A stretch of DNA of 50,708 nt, the filler included, from Jimgerdemannia flammicorona (taxonomy: Eukaryota): the NCBI GenBank assembly GCA_003990765.1. It is 2 parts of 2 records of this genome, joined end to end, with 100 filler letters (N's around TTAATTAATTAA, not from the genome) between each part and the next. Parts side by side here need not be neighbours in the genome. Positions count along the whole stretch, not along the records: positions 1 to 25,304 come from RBNJ01000852.1; positions 25,405 to 50,708 come from RBNJ01000853.1. One strand, 5' to 3'. Shown here piece after piece: positions 12,801 to 25,629 of this stretch. The translations under genes and the position numbers were made by a program. The notes beneath the pieces were generated by a model. It made no database searches, was not told the origin of the DNA, and saw only the letters and a program-made list of their open reading frames with translations. Numbering within the stretch: the first letter of the stretch is position 1; each line of letters begins with the position of its first letter.

Positions 12801-15425
12801 TAATATCCAGTCAATCCTAGAGCCCAGCCCAGCCCAGCCATCCAGTGGGTATAAATTCAGCAATCCACCCAAAACTATTGCCCTGAGTCAACCAAGGAGC
12901 TCAATCTCTCAATCTCTATCCAATCATCCAATCCACCACTTCTGCCTCTCATTCCTCTCTCACTATTAGTTCTGTCTATCCCATTATGTTATACTATGTT
13001 GAAATCACCCCCCAGACAATTAATCCCTACCTCACCCATAACACCAGCCTCTCTCAGGTCTCTGATCCAATCTATATATTCCCCCCTCTCAGCTAGACAA
13101 TAACATGACCCAATAGTTAAAGGGTTTCACCCAGGTCTCTTCTATACTCTCCATATCAACCTATTCCCACAATGTTCAATGTCTCCAATATCCCCCATCC
13201 CTTTTCAAACCAGAATGCCCACCTGCCTAGTTCATATAGCTGCCCCACTCCATTCTCTAGTCTAGTCCTATAAGTCTATGTCTATCTCATACTGTTCATT
13301 CTGCAGTAAGATGAGATCTGCATTCAGTCTCCTCAGCCAGCCAAAGATATTTCTTCACCATACTACTCCTCTCAACCCATTCACATTCAAAGAAGATTCT
13401 AGTTATCCTATTCATATTGAAAAATGTTAGATATTGAGAGTACAGTCTAGAATTCTATACTCATTCCATCACTAGTCAGATCCATATACTGCTCTATCTC
13501 CAACTTGTCCTCTGCTAACACCTGAGCATCCAGTACTTCCAAGATTTCCTGACACTCCACCCCATCCACAACCTCTATTTCCATCCAATAATCCATACAT
13601 ACTACTCTCTACTTCTCCAACCCCTTTCTCAAACCCCATAAGTATACTGCCTAGTTATTCACAATCCCCGAAGGGTCTCATTCCTCTGATCATCAACTTG
13701 ATATTCCTCCAACTCCAAGAGTACTACCAGAATCTCATTTCTAATTTACCTCAGTACCTCCTCCCTATGAAGAATTTCCTCCTAATGCCTATCACTTAGT
13801 ATCCAGAAGTCCTCTCCCCCCAACTCCTCAGCTACCACCTCCTCCAGAGTCTTCCACAGCCACTTCTCTTCATTTACTATCTCAGCAACACTCTGGGCAA
13901 CTCTCTCAATCCCCACCACAGGGTCCACCAAAGTACTTCTCCTCCCCAACTCATCTCACTTCTCATCCAGTATGTCTAGTAGATCCTCCTCCCCTCCTGC
14001 CCTGCTTGGGACACCATACTGAGGGTGTACTCTCTCCCTCATTTCTGCATCCTCCACTATGCTGCTCAGTTTCTCCTCATTTAATCCACCCTGGGCTGTA
14101 TTCTGACCCATCCTACACTCTCTAGCCCAGGTGCTCTCCCTCAGTCTAGCACTACCTTCTTCTGTCCTGCTATCTGCTATATCTTCTCTCAGCTTCTCCA
14201 ATAACTCCTTCTGGATTCGCCTCCTCTGTATCTTCTCCCAGGTCCCCTTGTCCATCCTGATCCTCTTTCCATCTATGATCTTCACTACTGTCTTGGCCTC
14301 ATACTTCTTTCAAGCCAGTCTTCTTCTCTCAACTACTCCAGCCAGATCCTCAAGAGTCTCCAGCAAGTCCTCCTCTTCCTCTGGCATTCCTTTCATCCAC
14401 AAGACCTTGCACTCAACTTGTCTTCACTTAAGAGTAGCATGCCAGTCCCCCCCATATTCTCCCTTCTAGTCAGTCTCACTCTGATGCCAACATCTCCTAT
14501 CTGGAGTTCAGTACTCTTCCAAACTCTGAACCTGATGTCCACAATCTCCCCATACTCCTTGACCACCTCTATAATCAGCTCTCTGGCCCTCTCCTGTAAC
14601 ACCATAGGAAGATCCAATACTGTCAACTACACCACTCAGAGATCTCAGCATATACACCTGGCCATAGGAACCATTACTCTACCCAATACTCCCCTCTTCT
14701 CCATGGCCTCTAACAATGATACCTCTTCCTCAAACCCAACCTCAATCTCTTCTTTCCCCTTCAAGAACTTCACTGCAGCTGTCCCCTTTACCTTCTATAC
14801 TACCAACCCCAGAATCATCCTTGTAGTTACTGCTAAATCTTAGAAGTATAATGTGATGGTAAATTCTGACCATGACTTTTTGAGTAATAGTGCTGATACC
14901 ATACCAGTTATGCCATCTGCCAGGTCTCTGGACCTCATGCCCTCTCCCTATTCTGATCCACCAACAACCATCACATCTGGATTTTTTTCCAGATCTCCAG
15001 TTACAGCTCCATCAGCAGTCTCCAGTCCCTACTCTCCCCTACTGCCTGACCCTCCCATGGGGGCCCCTCTCTGATTCCCAACTGCAGCTGTTGATGCTTT
15101 CCCCAGTCCCAACCAACTATTCAGACCAGATGTCATTATCTCCATCTTGACCTTGTCAGCAAAGATCATCCTCCTCCCTCTTTGTTATCTCAATCCACCC
15201 CTCTCTCTATTATCAATACTGCGACCAACCATAGAAGGCTCCAGCATCTCCAAACCATCTCCCTGTCTCCTCCTGATATATTGCCAGTCAAATGCACTAC
15301 TGTCTCTCTGGCTGACATACTCATCAGTACATTTGTTGCTGTCTATATTTATAGTCTCCTTTTATTAAAAATGTTTTGAAAAGTATTGTCTGAGTCTTGT
15401 GTCATCTGAATGTTACCAGTAAAAG
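9815..15425 (-). mobile_element. Full-length LINE family A (ORF1 + APE-RT-zinc-finger ORF2) nested in Gypsy-1 RNase H
   Basis: A-rich tail at the left end; ORF2 starts ~13415 (MNRITRI..LNVNGLR); RT motifs FLNQKKTYDR, GVLQGDPLSPILY, AFVDD; C-terminal QTPEYWLREC; 19-bp TSD atagaatataaatcctata (9796-9814) / atagaatacaaattctaca (15426-15444). Confidence 0.92.
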
Positions 15426-16891
15426 ATAGAATACAAATTCTACAAGTTGGAATATCTTGCAGTCATCTGGGCTGTAGAAAAGTTCCACTACTATCTTATA
15501 AGAAGATACTTCACCATTCAGACAGACCACTCAGCCCTTACCTAGCTACTAACCACTGGGCAACCCAAAGGAATCTATGCCAGATAGATCATGAAGTTGC
15601 AAGCATATGACATAATCATTGTGTACTACCCAGGAAGAACTAATGTTAATGCAGATACTCTCTCATGAATACCCCAAAGGACCCCCAACCAATAAATCAA
15701 CAATGAATAAGAAGCTCTACTATTGAATGATCATCTATCTGAGACAGCAAAAGATGTCCCAATATCTGAAAAAATAAATACAAATGATTATCAACAGAAC
15801 ATGGAAACAATTCAAAACAGATAGAGAAATATTGAAGAAAGGAAAGCTACTAGTCATACTAGAATATAAGAAGGAGTAAGTAATGAAATCAGTATATGAA
15901 CTTAGTTACTAAGAGAAACAAATATATATGATAAAGCAAAAAGAATGATATAGTGGTCAGAAATAGAGGAAGATATCAGATGATTTGTCAAGACCTGTGA
16001 TAAATACCAGAAATAGAAACAGATCAACAAAATCAAGCCCCAGGATCAGTATATATAGAATAAGTACTATTTGCCCACATTGCAATAAATGTGATTGGCC
16101 CTCTACCCTTGACTTTGACTGGCAACCAATACATCATTGTTATTGTAAACCTTTTTACAAAATGGATAAAAGTAAGATCTCTCAAGGAAGTCAATACATT
16201 GTCAATTACTGATTTCTTTCAGAAAGTAATTACCTGCCAGTTCAAGACCCCAACACAAGTAACCACAGACAGAGGAACAGAATTCATAAATCAGTTCTTT
16301 GAGGTTCTCTATAAGAAGTACAAGATCTAGCACATTTGGATCACAGCATACTATCCTCAAGGAAATAGACAGGCAGAAAGAACTAATGAGACTCTCAAAA
16401 ATGTTATTGCCAAGATCTATGATAACTATGAAAACTGAGATCACTATCTGCTAATAGCATTATCTACTCTCTGGGATATTTGATCACAAAGCACCCATTT
16501 CACCTTTTAGGAAATGCTATTCAGAGAAGAAGATTCTCAAGAAACCCTATCATCCAATAAAGATGCTATATGGAAATACATTGATTGAGAGATATAAAGA
16601 CTACACCAAATCAGAAAGAAGGCTGAAGATTATATAACTAAGGTACAGACACTATAACAGAATAATATAGAAAAGATTCACAAGCCTTTGAAGATTATTA
16701 AGATAGGAGACAAAGTCCTGATATATCAGAATATAGTAGAAGCTTTATGATCATAAAAACTAGAGCCTAAGTGGGAAGGATCTTACTTTGTGCAAAATAT
16801 AAAAAAGACTACCTTTTGGCTATAAAAACTCTCAGACACAATCATCTCCACCACCATTCACCAAAACTGACTCAAGAAGTATTATGGCTAG
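15426..16891 (+). pseudogene. pol: Gypsy-1 C-terminal RNase H and integrase
   Basis: LEYLAVIWAVEKFHYYL, PGRTNVNADTLS; integrase FVKTCDKYQK, GPLPLT..GNQYIIVIVNLFTKW, TDRGTEF, YPQGNRQAERTN, KLEPKWEGSY (GPY/F module). Confidence 0.92.
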
Positions 16892-17384
16892 TCAACAAAG
16901 TATGGTCACAGCTCTCAAGATCACCAGTACTATATAAAAAGCCATAAAGACAATGGTGTACTACTAAGCTTCCCACAATGGAGAAATCCTTTGATAGTAT
17001 CCAAAGTATAGTACAGATATATCTGTTATGAATTTCACACTTCAAGGCCTACCAAAATTGGACAGAGCTTCAAAAATACTTCAAGTTGAGATAGCTACTG
17101 AATTCACAGCTAAAAATGGGAAAAGAAAACTGAATCAGAGAGTGCCAGCTCTCTCACTCTCAGATCACAATTACCAAATGAGTTAATAAGCTTTTTAAAG
17201 ATGATGAGACAGCCTTAGCCTATTTCTGAGGAGTAGTTCTAGGAGATTTCAGACATATTAAGATATACTACTGGAAGAATATAATGATACAAATTGTATA
17301 GTATAAGGAGATATAAATTATAAAAGCTTGGGAGTTCAAGTGAATAGAATATTTTAGAGATGAATCACCTATTTAGAAGGAAGT

Positions 17385-17854
17385 TGTGATGGTTGATCTG
17401 AATTAAGAACAAAGATCAGAGAAATTAGATTTTTGATCATAGTATCTGAACCTAATTCTCAATATAATATAGCCTTATAAATAGCAGTCATTTTACAAAT
17501 ATAAGTTTTCACAAATATCAAGAATTCACAGATGTTAAAGTCTTAATGATTATCAAAGATTTAACAAATGTTAAGAATTAATACTTGTGAAAAGTAACTC
17601 ATAACTTAGTTATAATTTAGCCACCTTATAGCTAACAAACTTATATAAATAATCCAGTATCTTAGAGTGAATAAACCTCAGATCAAAATAGTTCAAAGCA
17701 AAGAGAAAGCAAAGGAACTAGTAAGTCTGTAGGTAGATATACTTCAAACTTACCTACTTCTATATTCTAAGAACTTTATAAAGTCAAAAAAGATCAAGTT
17801 TTCAAAATATAGAAATCTGATATACTACCAAGGTTAAGTATCCACTATGTTACA
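17385..17854 (+). repeat. Gypsy-1 3' LTR
   Basis: tgtgatgg...tgttaca with TG..CA termini, preceded by the PPT. Confidence 0.93.
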
Positions 17855-18352
17855 ATATATATTTATATATAAGAGATAGTATGCTACTGATGTAGTATGA
17901 GAACATTTTACTATATATAGAATTAAATAAAAAAATAATAATAAAAGAATAAAAAAAAAAAAAAATTAAATATATACTATTTTTAAAAATTATTTTAATT
18001 TAAATATAATAATTTTTTATAATTAACTTTATATATTATATAAATTTTTCTATATTATAAATTAAAGTTATATTAATATGATATATATTTATAATTATGA
18101 ATCTAATATTATATTTTATTTCAATATTTAGATATTATATATAAATTGCATATAATATAAGATATTAATTACTAGATATAGAGATCAGTTTAATGGGAAA
18201 TCAGTGGAAAGATTTAGTTAGGAATTTTGAGAGTGGAATTATTGTTTGGATCAAAAAGATTGGACGGAGATACCGCCTAAACCATTTACCTGCGATTTCG
18301 AGAATGGTGACGTGATAATGTTGTGACATCATTTTTTTTTTCTCCAAAAGGT

Positions 18353-19205
18353 TCAAACCAAAGAATTTTTCAGTAATAGCCAACTTCTTTGGTTCGATTC
18401 TGTGGAGTACATTATGGATCTTATCTGACCCAGCAGTTTGTGCAGCTCATGTATACCTCTTGCTGCATTGAGGCCATGGCTGTATGGAAGGTAAGGTTCA
18501 TACTGCCATCTGTGTGTATCGAAATCAAACGGTAGCATGAACGTGTCAGGGGTTTCGCCTGGGGGTGACCACCTTACACCAAGCTTTTATGTTTGTTAAA
18601 TATCACTATCCAGATAAGTATTTCATATCAACCTGGTGAATCTTGTATAATCTTCGAAAACCAAAACACCTACTAACTTTACTTTTGACCAGTTCCTTAT
18701 GCTGGTCTTGGTTGCTTGAAACCAACTGATGAGTCCCTTAAGCAAGGGCGAAACCGGTATCATAGAAACACCTAGCTTTCTGTCATCTTCCATTGTCATG
18801 GACAAATGTACAGATTCTTGCTTTCCATCAATGACTGGGTGTGTGGTCTCGAGGTGTGAATGTGCCATGTAACGTTGAGCGCGTTTGAGACAGCTCGAGT
18901 TTTCGACAAAGCCATATGGTGATCTGAGCAAGGATATGCGTGTCCACCTTGCGGACGATAGGACGTGGGAGTCACTCTTCAAAATATGACACCACTTGAT
19001 GCTCGCCTTTGTCTGCGCACACCCTTTGAAGTTTATGATGGATGTCATTGATACACCAACATACACGGCGCTGCATTTACGAATACATGCTCAGTGTCCA
19101 GCTGTCATTGGAAGGACTGCCGCTGGCATCACCACCACCCCCTGCATCACCACTGCTGGCTTACGTTAAATTGCAGCTCGAGGCGTTAAACCATCTCACG
19201 ATATA
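18353..19205 (-). CDS. Putative spliced gene of unknown function (last three exons ~19205-19165, 19070-18683, 18583-18353; 5' exons unresolved)
   Basis: CpG-retaining island. GT-AG introns 18682-18584 (phase 0, TTTAAC branch) and 19164-19071 (GTAAGC donor, CTGAG branch, phase 2) join open frames: YIVRWFNASSCNLT|AVYVGVS...RNWSK|LGVRWSPPGETPDTFMLPF...NSLV*. No family recognised. Confidence 0.5.
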
Positions 19206-20339
19206 CTATCATGTGTTTGGATTCCGTGCCAATGTCACATACCAAAAGAAATACCTGCTTTTGTTCATCAGTAGAATCGAGTCATAGCGAGTCTTCTTTG
19301 TGTGATTCCAGTATCATGCTTTGTTCCCTTCCTTGGTGTACTTTCGGTTATTGACCTCACACCTTCTCTCATCTTCCAACATGATCACATAATCGAAAGC
19401 AAACAAATGACACTAAATCTGATCCATAATATGGGTTTTGTTACTGGTGGCATGCGAAGAGTGAATGCGGCAATGAGGGTTAGGGGACCCGATCCGTAGT
19501 TTGCTTGTGGGGTTAACTTCAGGTGGTCCATGCCGGGTGTCATGGGCATCAAGAGGTTGAGGTAGGTTTAATAAATGGTTCGGGGGAGGAGGACCTCTTT
19601 TTACCATTAATCCTAATTTATTGGGTTCTGGTGTATTTACCTCTCCCGTAATGGCACAGCATATCTATCTTTTGTCTATAGGATTTAGAGAACTCATAGG
19701 TAAAGGTCAAAAGTGCATTCGGCCACCACCCTGTTCCTTCCATTTATGTATTCCAATAGATCCCATTATCTAAATATGTTAATTGACAAATTTTCCTCTT
19801 CTGATACCATAGAACTCAAACCAACATAGACTGCAGCTGTCGGTAAGGCTGTTTGTGTGATGTAGGACTATCGTGTGGTGGGGATATATATTTGGGAGTG
19901 TATGTTGTGGGCAGACAATCTTTGTGTTTTTGTACATTTCATCATTTGCATGTTTGCTCATTAGTACTATTCAATATCTGTTGTTGCAGAGTTCGCATAT
20001 ACATATTATACTCCCTTTCATTAATGTTTTTTATTTCCAGTATTTGATATGGCCTTTTCTCGTTCACTCATGTTTGTCATTTAGCAGAATATAGATTCAA
20101 GGTTCTCCAATCTTTTGTCCATTGATACTGCTAATTGCTTGCTTGGAGGGTATGATGTAATATTGTTTGTGGTATATGGTGACTCGAAAATACATACAAA
20201 TTGTGACAAGCAAATACTATAGTATAGCTAGATGATACATAGAGAATACTTTGCATAGTTACCTCACATAGTCGTCACATGTCACCAATTTGTAAAAATA
20301 CCAGATGTACTAAATCAGGATATACTGATCTCTGAAGAA

Positions 20340-20700
20340 ACACTCATTCTATGTAGAATATAGGAACACCTGTCTACCAAGAGAACAAGTGATCATATCT
20401 TCTCTGAATTAGCATTATTGTGCATTCTATAATTAATCTGATATATAGTGGTTATACTTATATATATAAATACTCTAAAGATTCAAGTAACTAAACTTCA
20501 GTTGGAAATATTAAAGAAATTATAAAGACAAGTCTACTTATAATATACTTCAAGAGATACTAAGAGTCATTGAGCTAAGAAAAGAATTATAATACTTAGG
20601 GAAAATATCTACTTTAAAGTTACTATTAAGAAGATTATAAGCTTTATTTCCTTTTTTACTCTAGTTTATTTTTTGATATATATAAAGAACTCTACTAATT
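20340..20700 (+). pseudogene. Possible Gypsy integrase zinc-finger relic
   Basis: HLSTKRTSDHIF resembles the GHxGxxxTxxRI part of the HHCC domain; very decayed. Confidence 0.3.
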
Positions 20701-20859
20701 TTTAATCTAGTTATCAGATTAAGCTAAAAGAGAAGTCTATCATCTTTTGTTCTACTTGTCAGATGAAGCCTGAAGAACTTTAAAAAATCTGCCAAATTGC
20801 AATATTATACAGAAATGATACCTATTAAGAAATCTGCCAAAATTATTTATATTATATAT

Positions 20860-23560
20860 TATAATATACTCAGCTCAATAAAGGCAAATTATAAGGTTGG
20901 AAGTTGATATAGTTTGGCTTAAGCCCCTAGTTACTTTGTTAAAAAGTAATAAAATATTCTATAATTTCTGAGATCCTTAGTATTTAGTAGTATAATAGTC
21001 AAATCTGAATATAGTGGCTAATTTGTATATCAATTTCCTTATTGGGACAGTTCTTAGATATAGTAGTAATTTGTATATAATAGATAATAGTGGACAATTT
21101 TATATAGTATGAGTGGGTTTCAAAAGGATATAATTTCTGTATAACAATCTCTATATGGTATAGTAGTTTCCTTATATAGAGTAATCTGATAATTTGATAG
21201 TTTTCTTCTTAATCAACAGCAATCTCCAAAAGTATACAATTTCTGTAAATAACTCAATTTGGTAGATAACTCAAATAACTTAAGTAATATGAATTCTTCT
21301 TGAATCAGTAGACTCTTCTGAGAAATAACTCAGATAGTATAGATAATTCAGATAATGCAGATTCTTTCTAAATTGACAGACTTCTTGAAAATAATAGTTA
21401 TTTTAAGTAATGTTTTATTAAAGACTAGCTTCATTTGTATTGAGTTATATTGTTAGACTGGCTCCACTATAAAGTTGTATCAGAAGACTAACTTGTAGTA
21501 AGATTTCTATAAGCTCTTTGGAAATAGCAGATCTTCTATTGGCAAAGTTGCATCAGAGACTAGCTTTATTTGTATAAAGTTATATCAAGAGACTAACTTT
21601 ACTGCAAAGTTATATCAGATAGACTAGCTTTATAACATGAGGTAGGTTCTTAGATTTTGCAGACTTATCTAGCAAATGAATCAAAATATAACAGATTTCT
21701 CTTAAAAATGATAGTGAAGTTCTTTCTCAAACTTAGATAATAAATACTTTTGAACTTATTCTTTATATCAGAAAGTAGACTAGAGTAGAAAAAAGAGAAT
21801 CAATGCTTACAATCTTTAGAATGAACTCTGAAGATACTATATTCTAAAGATACTATATTCTGAGAGTATAGAAGAAGTTACAGACCATATTTAGCTATAC
21901 TATATATTCTATTATTACTTAGATAATAACTGAGATAGTAACTATAATATGTATATAAAATACTCTAGAAATAAAAGTAAATAATATCTCAGTCTAAAAA
22001 GTTAAAACACAAACTAAGTAGAAGCCAAGTCTTAATCAAGATATCTAATACTATTTATATAGTTTCTATAGCAACTAGATAACTATGAGAATAAATATAA
22101 TATATAGAGATTATATCATTCAGTTAAACATATATTACTCATCACACCAGCCCCCACTAAAGAATGAACTGTTCTTAAACTATTCTTTAGTCATTATTCC
22201 AGTAGGTATAGGTATCTTCTGCATCAATACCAGTACTATTATCTATGTTGAAATCAGGATCACTCTATTTAAGATCTGAGTCTTACTATTCTAGCTTTAA
22301 GAATTGGAACTCTACTTATTATAAAACACTCTAAAAGATAGTTTCATTCATCTTTTGTATATCATTGAGATGAAACTATGTCTGAGGTGCTTCTACATTG
22401 TGTCTATAAAGTATATAGATCTTTTTAGTAGCTATGTCATTTTGGCAGTTTAAATATATAGATCTTCTTATATATATGAGATTTTAGAGAACTTGTTCAA
22501 TAGAGTAATAGGCTTATAACTAATAGATTTGAACTAATTTCTGGGCTATAGTAAGGTTCTCAAAGTACTCTTGAATTTGTCTGTTTAGAGTTTCTTAAGA
22601 ATAGTAAAATGTGGGTATAGGAATAGATAAGAATTGTAGAGAACTGAGGATGAGAGTCTAAAGATACTGGTCAATTCTTTGATTTATGGTATAGTAGAAG
22701 ATATATGTATCTTAAAATAATTAATATATACTGGTATCTTCAAGATATATCATTCTATAATTCTTAAATAGATACTAGTTTCTCTAATATTATATATAAG
22801 ATAAAGTCCTTCCCATTTGGGCTCCAGTTTGGTGACAAAGTTCTTTTAATTATACTTCTCCAAACTAGTACTTGATCTCCAATCTTGATCTTCTGATTCT
22901 TCTACTTCTGATCATAGTACTTCTTTTATCTTTCTTGGGTCTTAATTTTCTGAACCTGGGCTTAATTATATAAGTATTCTGCCTTCTTGAGGAGGTCTCT
23001 GAGATTGTTATAATTAGTACTTCCAACAAATCAAATCAAAGGTTCAATTCAATTCAATTCAAATAAAATCAAAGGCTCATTTTAATTCAAGGTTCAATTT
23101 AAATTCTATTTTTCAAAATATAATAACTTGACAAATATATATCTAAATTTAATAATTCTTAGCTTATTAGATTTCTCTTATATAGAGAAATCTAACAAGC
23201 TAAATATTATTAAATTTGGATATATATTCATCAAGTTATTATATTTTGAAAAATAGAATTTGAATTAGACCCTCTACAATTTGAATGTGATTCAATTTAA
23301 ACTTAATTTAAATTAAAAAAAAATCCCCAATTTGATTCGATTCAAATGACTCTTAATTCAATTTAATATAAATTGATTTGATTCATTTGGAAGCACTGCT
23401 TATGATTAGCTATTCTGGTTTTCTTAGTAAATATTATCTCAAATGGCTTTTGTTTAGTAGAGATAACAGGGGTATTCTAAATTTCTCATTGGATCTCAGA
23501 TAAGTTGAGGTCCTATATTAGGAAAAAAAGCTTCAGTTTATATTTACTAGTTCATATTTA
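20860..23560 (-). mobile_element. 3' portion of a second Ty3/Gypsy element (Gypsy-2): integrase end, post-IN region, PPT and ~1.29-kb 3' LTR (22146-20860)
   Basis: Minus-strand KIKIGDQVLV and VTKLEPKWEG at ~22810-22895; PPT tttagtgggggctgg followed by TGTGA at 22146; LTR homologous to 47496-48480; ATAT flank at 20856-20859. Confidence 0.8.
23015..23398. mobile_element. hAT-type fold-back MITE inserted in the Gypsy-2 integrase
   Basis: TIRs tagtacttccaacaaatcaaatcaa / ttgatttgattcatttggaagcactg; 8-bp TSD gttataat (23007-23014) / cttatgat (23399-23406); long internal palindrome centred near 23180. Confidence 0.85.
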
Positions 23561-25163
23561 TAGTTATTCAGATTTGTATTATTTAATATAGTTCAAATTT
23601 ATATTATGAAATTATAGTTCATACATATATTGTACTTTCTGTCCATATTCTTAGTAATTTAGTTTATAAAATATGCAGAAATTTGAGACTTAGTTTGGAA
23701 CTGATAAGCATAGCTACCCAGATAAGAAAAATAATAAACAAATAGTATTTATAATCAGGATAGATCTATGACTCTATCATTCCAATTTCCCAAATAATAT
23801 TCTTAATACTATTAATAAAATTTAGGTATTTATTGCTATATAGATAAGATGGAAAGAAATATAAATTAAAGCAAAGAATTGTTTTATTTAAGCAAAACAG
23901 GAATAATATCATCACTATCTTTAGCCAGAAATAAAGAGTCCTCTGATAATAGAGAATGAATCTTAATGAAACAAATATCGGCAGTTAGTATTAAATAAAA
24001 TACTAAGTATCAAAAGTGATAGCAAAGAAAGCCAAGTGGACTAACAAAGTCAATAAAACACTTCAACAAATTGATACCACCCTTAGATAAGCTCAAGATG
24101 CAGTTTCTGAACAAAACTCAGAGCTAATGAAATCAACCAGAATATATTCTAAATTGTATAAATATGCCACTAATACTATCTTCAAGAATATAATTGTAGA
24201 AAATTATCTATTTGGTAAAAAATTATAATATAATGAATAAATTCAGTACAATAAGACTGAGAAAGAACAAGAAATAGTGATTATCTATCTGGTCAAAAAA
24301 ATACTACCTTATCTTACTAGAAGAGAAGAAGACCAAAAGTAAAACAATATAGTCAAAGAAGTATATCAGATTTATAACATAACTTCTCATCTAATACTGA
24401 ATTATATCTACTATCTACAAGAAGTAAGTAAATGGAATGTAATATAAATATAAAAAGATGAAATATATTTACTATATGAAATATATTTGTAATGAATCTA
24501 TGAACTATATTATAAATATATCTATACTATAAATACTATAAACAATAAATACTACAAATACTATGTATATACAAAAATCTCAATTTAGATCAATAAAGAT
24601 TTAGATTTAATAATTTATAGACTCTTGTATATATTACACATAATTCATTATAGAATATATACTTCTAATACTACCACACACTCCTCAAATAAAAACTGGT
24701 CATAATTATAAGTAATGCCAACTTTGTATAACTATATTTTCAGTCTGTATACTTGACTATTTAGTCCAACTATGTATTTATAAATAAAATATATATTTAA
24801 AAAAGTTTCTTCTATAATATATAATCTGCATATTTATTTACTAAATATGAATGAAAAGAATATGCATTCAATCTACCCACTAAGTACTTTCTTACTAAAT
24901 CATATTCCTTGAACAAGAGTTGCATGTATACTATATAAATAATTGTATTGCAGATATAATATTGAACTATCTAGTCTATATAGTGATAGTTATTTCTGTT
25001 TCACAATTATGAGAGACTATGTTTTTAGTACTAGGATTCTCAATATCTACTATATTGTACTACTCTAAGTATATAAGTCAATAGACTTAGTAATCTTACT
25101 TAATTTTGAAGAGAAGATGAACTTGGGCAAAAAGATATTTATTTATATCTTATTTTATCTCTA

Positions 25164-25304
25164 TTTTTTTTTTTTTTTTTTTTTTTTATAGTCTCTTGGA
25201 CTCCTTCCTTTATTAATACAGCTATTTATCTTATATATAATACCCTAAGCCCACCCCTATCTGATCCCTCTTGTTCCCCCCTCTCCCTCTTTCTCTATTA
25301 TTGA
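25164..25304 (-). mobile_element. LINE family A 3' end with poly(A), cut by the contig end
   Basis: T-run followed by atagtctcttggac, matching the 3' ends at 9827-9850 and 43100-43154. Confidence 0.7.
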
Positions 25305-25404
25305 NNNNNNNNNNNNNNNNNNNNNNNNNNNNNNNNNNNNNNNNNNNNTTAATTAATTAANNNNNNNNNNNNNNNNNNNNNNNNNNNNNNNNNNNNNNNN
25401 NNNN
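25305..25404. other. Artificial contig-joining spacer
   Basis: Exactly 44 N + TTAATTAATTAA (stops in all six frames) + 44 N. Confidence 0.95.
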
Positions 25405-25623
25405 CATGAGTGTGTCCGCAGGACATGAGTGTGTCCGCAGGACATGAGTGTGTCCGCAGGACACAGGTAAACAATCCTGATCTGGTGTCTTGGCTAATTA
25501 TAAGTGTGGCGGGCATGAGTAACTATGATACACTAGAAGTCACATCATGCTGAGTAAGTATGCTAATTGTTCGTGTCATCCGGCTAAGTTATAATTCAGG
25601 TGGTACGTTTTTGGTCTGTTACA
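25405..25623 (-). mobile_element. Young LTR terminus with three perfect 19-bp repeats (CATGAGTGTGTCCGCAGGA)
   Basis: Ends in ctgttaca followed by GTAC; the segment caggtaaacaatcctgatctggtgtcttggctaattata resembles 48749-48787 of the solo LTR; CpGs retained. Confidence 0.65.
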
Positions 25624-25629
25624 GTACAT

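Larger units (their letters stand above)
5517..17854 (+). mobile_element. Full-length decayed Ty3/Gypsy LTR retrotransposon (Gypsy-1) carrying a dUTPase, interrupted by a LINE
   Basis: Two ~470-bp LTRs; ATAT on both flanks (5513-5516, 17855-17858); PPT-like agaaggaag before the 3' LTR; domain order gag-PR-dUTPase-RT-RH-IN. Confidence 0.93.

Noticed and set aside
23600..25140. Decayed coding-like AT-rich tract
   Set aside because: No motif could be recovered by eye.
25405..25461. 19-bp perfect repeats as a CRISPR array or yeast-type long telomere unit
   Set aside because: No spacers or cas genes; the flank matches LTR sequence ending in TGTTACA.
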